Below, piece after piece: positions 50,359 to 64,000 of a stretch of 64,000 nt of DNA. The position numbers and the translations under genes were made by a program. The stretch comes from Flaccisagitta enflata (taxonomy: Eukaryota), in the NCBI GenBank assembly GCA_965153355.1, contig OZ231126.1:45818001-45882000 (forward strand). The letters are read 5' to 3'. Every line of letters begins with the position of its first letter. The first letter of the stretch is position 1. The notes beneath the pieces are model-generated. The model worked only from the letters and a program-made list of their open reading frames with translations. It did no database searches and was not told the origin of the DNA.

Positions 50359-50540
50359 TCTAGAAAACTAGGTAGGGAAGAACGTCACCTTTGTAACCAA
50401 ACCAAGCCTTTTGCGTTTTCCTCATCACGTAATCGGTAAGTCTTTTTGTTTTTTTGTTGATTGTATTTGTACGTGTAATTATCTACCTTCTTTATTAATT
50501 GCTCAGATTTTCACTTATCTTAAATTTAATCATTCATCTT

Positions 50541-50693
50541 TTTAGTCGCGGACACGCGACTCTACACCTTGCCGTGTCGGTCGGTAGGTCGGTAGATCGG
50601 TAGATCCGTCACATTTCTGAATTCCGAGCGATTTTCGCATCAATGCTCCTGCCCATCCGTCCGCGACTGGATTGCCGTGTATCCGGCCTTGTT
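50541..50693 (+). mobile_element. Short HINE/DINE-1-like element, family A
   Basis: 5' agtcgcggac and 3' gtccgcgact subterminal IR; 3' gccgtgtatccggccttgtt. Confidence 0.8.
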
Positions 50694-50818
50694 TACATGA
50701 TATGCATCTTTGTCAAATTACCGCTTATGGAAAACACAAATAAACCCTTTCTTATAAGGATAGTTGTGTTCCACGATAGTGGAACACTATATCCCCACAA
50801 CTTTCTCCGTGTGTCATA

Positions 50819-52105
50819 ATGTCTGTCACGCAATCTAAAATTCTTCGATGTCTGTCACACAACCCAAAATTCTCCGATGTCTGTCACACAGCCCAAGATT
50901 CTCCAATGTCTGTCACACAACCCAAAATTCTCCAATGTGTGTCACATAACCCAAAATTCTCCAATGTCTGTCACACAACCCAAGTTCTCCAATGTCTGTC
51001 ACACAACCCTAAATTCTCCAATGTCTGTCACACAACCCCAGTTTCTCCAATGTCTGTCACACAACCCAAAATTCTCCAATGTCTGTCACACAACCTAAGA
51101 TTCTCCGATGTCTGTCACACAACCCGAAATTCTCCGATGTCTGTCACACTACTCCAGATTCTCCAATGTCTGTCACACAACCCAAGAGTCTACAATGTCT
51201 GTCACACAAGCCAAAATTCTCCAATGTCTGTCACACAACCCCAGTTTCTCCACACAACCTAAAATTCTCCGATGTCTGTCACACAACCCAAAATTCTCCA
51301 ATGTCTGTCACACAGCCCAAGATTCTCCAATGTCTGTCACACAACCCAAAATTCTCCAATGTGTGTCACATAACCCAAAATTCTCCAATGTCTGTCACAC
51401 TACCCCAGATTCTCCGATGTCTGTCACACAACCCAAGTTCTCCGATGTCTGTCACACAACCCTAAATTCTCCGATGTCTGTCACACAACCCCAGTTTCTC
51501 CAATGTCTGTCACACAACCCAAGATTCTCCAATGTCTGTCACACAACCCAAAATTCTCCGATGTCTGTCACACAGCCTAAGATTCTCCGATGTCTGTCAC
51601 ACAACCCAAGTTTCTCCACACAACCTAAAATTCTCCAATGTCTGTCACACAACCCAAGTTCTCCAATGTCTGTCACACAACCCAAGTCCTCCAATGTCTG
51701 TCACACAACCCAAAATTCTCTGATGTCTGTCACACAGCCCAAGCTTTTCCAATGTCTGTCACACAAGCAAAAATTCTCCAATGTCTGTCACACAAGCCAA
51801 AATTCTCCAATGTCTGTCACACAACCCAAGATTCTCCATTGTCTGTCACACAACCCAAAATTCTCCGATGTCTGTCACACAACCCAAAATTCTCCGATGT
51901 CTGTCACACAGCCCAAGATTCTCCAATGTCTGTCACACAACCCAAAATTCTCCAATGTCTATCACACAACCCAAAATTCTCCGATGTCTGTCACACTACC
52001 CCAGATTCTCCAATGTCTGTCACACAACCCAAGTTCTCCAATGTCTGTCACACAACCCAAAATTCTCCGATGTCTGTCACACAACCCCAGTTTCTCCAAT
52101 GTCTG
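50819..52105. repeat. 29-30-bp minisatellite (tctccaatgtctgtcacacaacccaaaat), about 40 copies
   Basis: Contiguous units with no unique spacers. Confidence 0.95.
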
Positions 52106-52129
52106 TGTGTCTGTCACACACACACACAC

Positions 52130-52166
<37 letters not shown>

Positions 52167-52168
<2 letters not shown>

Positions 52169-52372
52169 GGGCAGTGGGACCGCCCACAGGCGGCAGAGGG
52201 ACCACCCACAGGTGGCAGTTGGACCGCCCACAGGCGGCAGTGGGGCCGCCCACAGGCGGCAGTGGGGCCGCCCACAGGCGGCAGTGGGACCACCCACAGG
52301 TGGCAGTGAAGCCGCCCATAGGCGGCAGTGAGGTCGCCCATGGATGGTGGTTAGGCCGCCCACAGGCGGCCA
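52167..52372. repeat. 22-bp GC-rich minisatellite (cacaggcggcagtggggccgcc)
   Basis: About 9 contiguous imperfect units. Confidence 0.9.
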
Positions 52373-53635
52373 TTATCTACAACACAGATTTGTCTGGTTA
52401 TTATTATCAGATTTGTTATATGAATTATTGCCTTTCTTTTTCACGCCAAATCAAGTTTTCGTGGAACACAATATGGCGAACGCCACTAGTTGATATTCAG
52501 CTAACTTCCACTATTTGATGACTACGGATAAAAAAAGACTTTTGCCAAAAAGCCTCTATTCAAGATCAAGAACAACTCGGCCCGGTGAGTCAAACCGTTT
52601 CCAAATGAGAGCATTTTAAAGGGGAAGTATCAGGTTGTAGAAAACAAATCTCAATGTTTTCCTTAATTTTTTCAACAGACAAGATGGGGGAAAATTACTG
52701 TTATTTCTTTTCAAACTGACATTGAATTATCAGCTTGGTGTCATTAAATCACAATTTCACCTTTATTTACTAAGTTAGAGAGAACAAGTAGTTTGAAACT
52801 TAGTAATTCATTTTCGTAGTAGTATAAGCAAGAAACGTTTATTAAACGTCCGGATTTTACTGTCGCTACTGTTACAGGAAATACCGTGCCAAATGAAACG
52901 AAAGAAAACGACACAGCTTTACGTCTAGAGATGGTAGATCAATTTTGAAAAAAAGATCCAGAGAGCCCTTAAAAAAACGATTTCCTTCTATTTAGTTCAG
53001 GGTCTAAAAGGAATAACTACTTATTGCCCACATCATTTTGAAAAAGAACATTTTTTTTTGTGTTTTAAAGAAAAAATATGGATCTTTAAAAGTTTTTGAA
53101 TATAAAATTGATGTATCCCTTGGAAAAATTGAGCAAGAATTGTAGAATTATACCAAAATTGATGCAAATTCAATGTAGATTCTAGATGGGCTTACTTTTT
53201 TTTTAATCCAGCATTAGGACTAGTGTAGACAACTCAGAGAATCTATTTTCTTTGAGCAACATATTGAAAATGGTGAAGAAAAAAACAGGTTTTTTGATTT
53301 GACCTGAAAAGATATTGACATGAAATGATATTGAATTAAAGATGATGTTCAGCTGCTTTAAATAGAAGAAATTTGATAAAATGCATTTTTCAAAATGAAC
53401 GTTTTTAAAACATATTTTATGGAGAGCCAAAACCGTTGGGAGATTGGAATCTATCAATACAGGGTAAAATCGTTTTCACAGGGCTTTCTAGCACTGTTTT
53501 CAGATTTGAAATACCTTTTTCTATTGCAGAATTGTGTCGTTTTCTTTTGTTTCTTTTGGCGGGGTATTCCCTGTATTTGTTTTTTCTTTTATTGTGCAAC
53601 TACCTTATCTCTGCAACTACGGTCATTACTAGATA

Positions 53636-57640
<4,005 letters not shown>

Positions 57641-58317
57641 AGTTGTAAATCGGACTCAATGATGGTTTTTGCTTTGAAGTTCAACTTTTAAACATCATTT
57701 GAATGTACTTTGCTAAAGATTCTCTAAAAGTTGGTCTTTCCGCCTGTAGATTAGTCCCATTAGTCCCAATAACAGTGACTTCTGGACGTTATTAAACATT
57801 TTCAACATCCCTACTTCTATACCCAAACAACTGTGCCTGCTTCGAAAATAGATGGTATTCAATTCTTTTTTCTGCACTTTTGGGGCTGCACTGCACTTTT
57901 CAATTTATCTTTTTATCATAAAAATTAAACGTTCGGCTATTAAAGTGCTTGGTGCGTTTCTTCAAAAAGAGCCTTGGAGCTTTAGTCAGATTTAACAATA
58001 GATACGATGTTAGTGATTTAAGAACTATGTTAGTGATTTAAGTACTGACCTCAATGCAGTAATTCGACATATTTACTTTTGAATCAAACCGCCACATGCA
58101 CAAGTTGAGCTAGCTGCATTATTTCTAGTCGCAAAAAAAAAATTTAGCGACGAGGCTAAAAAAGACTCAATCTTGTGTAAAAAAACCTGGGGAATCCAAC
58201 CGTGACATTATTAGAGCCCTACGCGGGGGGTTTAGAAACGGCCCCCAAAAAACTATACTACTATTTTTGGGTATTTTTGGCCAAAATTTGGTACTTAAAT
58301 TGAGGCTAAGTGTTTAA

Positions 58318-59558
58318 TTTCATAGTTGGGGACATCTCAAGATGTAAGAGACTAGTAAAACAAGAATCATGATGATGGGGCTATTGTGGGGTACCTAAAA
58401 AGGCCCAAAAAGGGCCCCTAAAGCGAGAAATAAATAGTTTTTTTTTCATTGAGGCCAAAAAAATTATTGGAATGCCTTTAAATTTGAAATGGAAGTTCCT
58501 TATAAATGCAACTACCATCATGCAAAAATTTGTGACCCTCCTTAAATGGCTTCATAGGAAAATTTGGCCACAAAAACCAAAAATCGCTCAAAAAAAATCA
58601 GTTTTTTTAGTTCATTGACCTAAAAACAATATTTTAAGGTCAGGGTACCCCAATTTTTTTTTTCATTTTGCTAACATAAGATGTTTGGAGGTTCCAAAAA
58701 AAATTTCAGGCCATATTTCCAAAAAATGGCTGAGATATGACCATTTTAAGCGACGTGGTAAAAATGGAAAACGCCAAAAATGGTCATTTTTTGTGATTTT
58801 TTTAAACAATTGGGTACAAAAAGGGGTCCCGTTTATCTTAATTCATAGTTGGGGACACTACAAGATGTAAGAGATTATAAAAACAGGAATCATGATGATG
58901 GGGCTATTGTGGGGTACCTAAAAAGGCCCAAAAAGGGCCCCTAAAGCGAAAAATATATAGTTTTTTTTAAATTGTGACTACAAAAATGAATGGAATGCCT
59001 TCCAATTGGAAATGGAAGTTCCTAATAAATGCAACTACCATCATGTAAAAATTTGTGGCCCCCCTTTAACGGCTTCATAGGAAAATTTGGCCACAAAAAC
59101 CAAAAATTGCTCCAAAAAAATCAGTTTTTTTAGTTCATTGACCTAAAAACAATATTAAGGTCAGGGTACCCCAATTTTTTTTTTATTTTGCTATTATAAG
59201 ATGTTTGGAGGTTCCAAAAAAAATTTCAGGACATATTTCCAAAAAATGGCTGAGATATGACCATTTTAAGTGAAAGGGTAAAACTGAAAAACAACGATAA
59301 TGGCCATTTTTTGAGATTCATTGAAAACATTTGGTACAAAAAGAGGTCCCAATAGTTTCAATTCATAGTTAGGGACACTTCAAGATGTAAGAGACTAGGA
59401 AAACAAGAATCATTATGATGGGGCTATTGTGGGGTGTATTGGGGTGGGGGTGTATGGGGTGTATTGTGGGGTACCTAAAAAGGCCCAAAAAGGGCCCCTA
59501 AAGCAAAATTTTTTTTTTCATTGTGGCTACAAAAATGATTGGAATGCCTTTAAATTTG
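58318..59558. repeat. About 520-bp tandem repeat, roughly 2.4 copies
   Basis: ttcatagttrgggaca...caagatgtaagag...gggctattgtgggg recurs at about 58318, 58841 and 59361. Confidence 0.9.
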
Positions 59559-59825
59559 AAGAAATTTGCTAACAAGATCAAGATGACACCAACTAAGATG
59601 TTTGGTAGCTCAACAAGCCTCAAGAATGCTCTTGAACAAGCAAGACATGATACATAGGTCTGTACATTGGAAAACAACACCATTGTACCATCACAAGACT
59701 GTCTGAATCTGAGAGCATTGAATCTTTCTTACCAACTGAAAGTCTGGATGCAAGCCACCAAGCCTCAAATTGACGTCCCCGATCCATTGAATCATGGATG
59801 GAAAGCCGGAGAAGCTGGTTATCAG

Positions 59826-62800
59826 TTCAGATTCAGATTCAGATTCATACAGCTAGTAAAGGAAGGCAACACTGCCTGTTGACCTAGCATCAACCAGTCA
59901 AACATTCACCTGTTCAAAACGCCCATCAAATCACAAATGTAATATTACCAATACAATACCAAAGCGCAAAACCTCCAAAGAGCTCCATTGATGTCCCGTA
60001 CAAAAAGACGAGTCCCCAAAATCCAACAGAGTCCAAAGCAAGAGGTGCCACTCTGATAACACCAGCAATACTACCAAAACCATCTGTGAGGGCCAGAGCG
60101 TGCGGCACTCTCACTATACACCAGAACCAATATCGGCTAATTTCAAATGACCATCTGTTCTGTGAGGGCCAGAACGTGCGGCCTCTCACTAAACACGGTC
60201 CAATATAATTATCAGCTAATTGCTACCAAGCAACTTTTCATCCAATCGGCTCTTGAAACATTCCAGCGAGGGCGCGGTTTTTAGTTCCGCTCCCAAGAGA
60301 TTCCATTTTTGAATCACTCTATATGAGAAGAAGGATTGCCTCTGCTTCCGTCCATTCTCAGCCATTGCCTTTACCAACCTTGGACCACCCCTTGCATTTC
60401 TGACTTCCCAGATGTGCCTGGGGTCTATCCTTGTCAGGCCATGGAGGATTTTGAACACCTCAATCAGGTCACCTCTTTCCCTCCTCTGTTCAAGCGTCAT
60501 CAGTCCCAACTTTTTCCGCCTTTCTTCCGAATTCAGCTTCTTGAGTCCCATGACCAGCGCTGTCGCCTTGGATTGCACAGCCTCCAACTGCTTGGACTCA
60601 GCTGATGTTCCCAGCGGGCAGACTGTCATGCCATAGTCAAGGTGGGGCCTTATGCGCTGGTTGTACAGAACACAAAAGGCCCTCTTATCAATGTGTGTGA
60701 AGTTCCTTCTGATACGAGCAATTTCTGCAAGTGCTTTGCATCGTGCTTTACTCACATGAGTAGATGAAGACAGATCATCGGTGATCCAGAAGCCAATGTC
60801 CTATTCAACTGCCACGTCCGCAATTGTAGATCCTTCCATCTGATAAGTCAGCCTGGGGTTTCCTTTCCCTATGTGCATGACTTTGGTCTTCTTGGCATTG
60901 ATTTCCATTTTCCATTCCTTAGCCCATTGGGCAATGCGGTCAATCCTGTCCTGCAGTTTTCGTTGGTCCCCTGCATGATCCTCCACATTCTTATTGACCT
61001 CTTGATAGCTCTTTGTATCGTCAGCCAGTAGCATGATCAAGGACTCCTCTTCCGGACTGCATTTAGCTGGAAGGTCATTGATGTAGAGGAGAAACAGCAG
61101 AAAGCCAAGCACCGTTCCTTGAGTGGTTCCGCTGACCACCTCCAACCATTCCGACATGGCATTTCCTACCATCACTCTCTGTCTCCTGTTCTCCAGCCAG
61201 TTTTTCAGCCAGTCAAGGAGCTTTCCATCAATTCCATATCCTTTGAGCTTGAGAAGTAGGAGCCTATGTGAGACTTTGTCAAAGGCCTTGGCATAGTCAA
61301 AATAGGCCACATCTACACAGTTGCCACCATCCACAATATCTGTCCACTTTTCCAGGCAGAGCAGGATATTGGTCTGGCACGATCTGCCTCGGACAAACCC
61401 ATGTTGCTGCTCAGTGATGAGTTTGTTGGTCACCAGGAAGCTCATAATCGCTGAACAGAGAATCCTTTCAAAAACTTTGCTGATTATTGATGTCAGGGCA
61501 ACGGGCCTGAAGTTACCCATAACTGCCTTAGAACCACCCTTGTGTATTGGAACAATGTTGGCCTCTTTCCATTGAGGGGGAACACTCGCCACATCAAGTG
61601 ATTTTCGGTAAATCTCCTGCAGAATTGGTGCCAGTTCAACTGCACATTCTTTCAGGAAACGGCTCTCCACCCCGTCAGGACCTGATGCCTTGTTAGGATT
61701 TATTCCCAGCATTACTTCTTCCACCTGTTCAGTGGCGATGTACACATCTTGGATCTTTTCATCAGTCCTTGCGCCGAAGACAGGAAGTGGGCTGGAGCCA
61801 TCATCCCTTGTAAACACCGAATGGTAATAGGTGTTAAGTGCGGCAGCCGCCTCCCCTTCTGTTTCAGTTAATCTACCACTTCCATCCATCACATTGGAGA
61901 CGCCCTGCTTTGTTTTCAAGGAACGCCGACAGTGTCCATGAAACAAATTTGGGTTGTCCTTCATGTCATCAATGAGTCCACATTCATATCTTGACTTTGC
62001 CGACCTGATCATGTCACCCAGTCTGTTCCGCTCCATCTTGTAGGCATCATAGTCCCGGGGAAGGCCAGATTCCTTATACCGTTTCCACTTCCTCCATTTC
62101 ACCGCTCTTTGCTCTTTCAACCTGTTTGCTTTCATCCACGGGAGACGGTGCTTCATCCCTCTTGGTTTACAATGGGGGATATACACCTCCCTCAGTTCAT
62201 CAATCTTGCCAACCAGTTTTTCCACCATAACACCAGGCGGGTCTGAAGGGTCATTCTTGTACACCCTCAATTGTTCCTTGATGGCAGTCCAATTGGCCCT
62301 TTTGAAGTTGGGCCGTAATCTTGTTGTGTTCTTAAACATCATCTCGCCAACAATCAATGACCACTTCTGACACACATGATCACTTTTACCCAATGGTGGG
62401 ATCTCCGTAACCTCGTTCACCATTGTCTCCTCATTAGTGAATACTAGGTCCAGACATGAATTCTGGGTCCCCCTGAACCTAGTAGGCCCTTTCACATGCT
62501 GGAATAGATTCATGTCCTCTACCGTTTCAAGGAAGGCTGCTGTGAAGGAACTCTGGCCATCTTGTACCTGGTTGGTCCTCCAATCAATAGATGGGAGATT
62601 GAAGTCGTCACAGATCATCAAGAATTCATGCGGGACCGAAGCCACCAACCGCAACAACTTAAGCAAGTTCCGATTGTTTTCGTTGCTTGAGTTAGGGCTT
62701 CGATAGACCGTTCCTAGCAGCAGCCTTTTACCATCCATCAGTTTCACCAGGCTCCATGCAGCGCAGTCAAATGACTCACCATCCATCTTTGGGCAGGCTG

Positions 62801-63188
62801 AATGGTTAAGGGTGTTTTGCATATATAATGCTACCCCTTTTCCCAATCCGCCCCTCCCATCAGAATGGTCTCCTCTGTACAAAGTGTATCCATCAATGCC
62901 CAACTCTCCATTGTTGATGTCTTTTGATGCCAGAACGTGCGGCCTCTCACTGTTCACAAGATCCATTATTTCACTCCTTTTATTCATGGCTGATTGGCAA
63001 TTACTATGTATCATAGTAAGCCCAGAAAAAAACATTAGTAGGCTTTTGCCTATCTTTCACGCTATCTGTACCTCTATGTCTGGAGTCACCATTACTGGTG
63101 TTGCCAAATTCTCGGTCACAACTTAGAATACTACATCTACGTCCACCAATTTCTTCATTGGTGTTGCCAGTTTCCTGGTCACAGTTTC
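59826..63188 (-). mobile_element. CR1-clade non-LTR retrotransposon, 5'-truncated (end of ORF1, ORF2, 3' UTR, (TGAATC)n tail)
   Basis: ORF2 has APE endonuclease motifs (VYRSPNS, DFNLPSIDW, SDH), RT motifs (NFRPVALTS, QHGFVRGRSC, DYAKAFDKV, QGTVLG, LADD) and a CR1-type C-terminus (LEQRRERGDLIEVFK, FFSYRVIQKWN). The short tandem tail reads ttcagattcagattcagattca on + at 59826. Confidence 0.9.
60216..63035 (-). pseudogene. LINE ORF2 (endonuclease-reverse transcriptase), disrupted
   Basis: ORFs 60801-63035 and 60216-60755 share one frame, separated by a single TAG at 60801-60803 (VE*DIG where EKDLG is usual). The LTE motif of the endonuclease is also missing near 62928. Confidence 0.85.
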
Positions 63189-63473
63189 CTGGTCCCAGAT
63201 TCTGAAGATAACTCTGCTGAACAAGCAAGACTGTTTAACACAGTAATGAAAAAATGCAAATGCAAAAAATCCCAGTGCAAAAATGGAAGATGCACTTGTT
63301 TTGCAGCCAAAGCAAATTGTTCTTCATTCTGTGAATGCTTGAACTGTTGCAATCCCTATGCACACGATGCTCAAAAACCTCCGGAAGATTCAGACTCAGA
63401 AGAGGAGAGTGATTTGGAAGAGGAAGATGAGGAAGATGAAGAGCAATTGGAAGATCCAAATGAAGAACTCTGA
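63189..63473 (+). pseudogene. 3' part of the transposon ORF: Cys-rich (Cys8/CXC-like) finger and acidic tail
   Basis: The frame of ORF 63246-63473 stays open back to 63189 (LVPDSEDNSAEQARLFNTVMKKCKC) and continues in frame from ...GWKAGEAGYQ ending at 59825. Confidence 0.7.
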
Positions 63474-64000
63474 AGATAAAGCACAATCTTCAAAGGGGTC
63501 ACCTTCATTTTAGCCGGCTAATAAAGGGATTATACAAATGAACTTACTAACTGACAACTCAGGAGTTTTGTACTAGATAGGTTAGGTGAGGCAGGAATGG
63601 AAGGTGGTATCCTAGCCAAACAATTGTTTGGTAAAGATGTGACGAACTAGCCTAGCCAACAGCTACGAGCGCTCATTCCTGTAAACTGAGCCACGAGAGC
63701 CAGAGTGTTAACATCCTTTTTATTCAATAAAAATGGAAATTAACTGTGCTAACTCTGTTAAACAGTAACTGTACAGAAAATAACAAGAAAAACACATAAT
63801 TTTGAAATAATTGTACAGGGACTGTTTATTTGCTGTGGCCAGGCCGAGTTGGCGGGTGCTGTATACAGTGTTTCATACAGGGACTAATTCTTGGAGTAGG
63901 ATTGTAAGGAAGTTATAAGTGGCTGATCTCAGAAAGCCACTTTTTCAATTTTTCCTTACTCTTTTACAGCAAGAAAACCCAACACAATTTATTTTTTGGA

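Larger units (their letters stand above)
50752..52491 (+). mobile_element. Helentron-associated element (HINE/DINE-1-like) with two internal tandem arrays
   Basis: 13-bp subterminal IR ttgtgttccacga (50764) / tcgtggaacacaa (52459), 5' stem-loop partner gtggaacac at 50779, 3' hairpin tggcgaacgcca followed by ctagtt. Confidence 0.8.
58212..64000 (+). mobile_element. Internally deleted Academ-like (AcademX-type) DNA transposon interrupted by the LINE; right end not identified
   Basis: Starts with TAG, then about 520-bp tandem repeats, then an ORF remnant ...VPSQDCLNLRALNLSYQLKVWMQATKPQIDVPDPLNHGW...LVP...CKCKKSQCKNGRCTCFAAKANCSSFCECLNC. This resembles the C-terminal XPG-adjacent segment and Cys8 finger of Academ proteins; the family is recalled from motif pattern, not searched. 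Confidence 0.6.

Noticed and set aside
50819-52105. CRISPR-like array of 30-bp repeats
   Set aside because: The units are contiguous with no unique spacers, there are no cas genes, and the context is eukaryotic. It is a minisatellite inside a HINE.
51108-52331. 407-aa Cys/His-rich ORF and overlapping ORFs
   Set aside because: It is a translation of the minisatellite, open in several frames, with no splice or domain evidence.

Overview
This is eukaryotic (animal, probably protostome invertebrate) genomic DNA that is very rich in microsatellites. Three host genes can be reconstructed by hand, all on the + strand. (1) A zfh1/ZEB zinc-finger homeobox gene: six coding exons are visible at 12547-19849, and its 5'-most exon was not found. 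(2, 3) Two diverged four-exon paralogs of a short REX1/REXO5-like DEDD 3'-5' exonuclease, at about 35859-41477 and 53636-57640. Both keep the four acidic residues but lack the ExoIII general-base His, with a different substitution in each. The rest is simple repeats and non-autonomous transposons: several Helentron-associated (HINE/DINE-1-like) families with internal tandem arrays, a hAT MITE with an 8-bp TSD, a 76-bp PIF/Harbinger mini-MITE, a 2.4-kb foldback filling an intron, a tRNA-derived SINE and an RLE-type LINE fragment. At the right end, a near full-length CR1-clade LINE ORF2 is inserted in an Academ-like DNA transposon, and the LINE 3' UTR carries copies of its own endonuclease-coding sequence. 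Most ORFs in the supplied track are microsatellite artefacts. All calls come from reading the sequence; no database searches were run.
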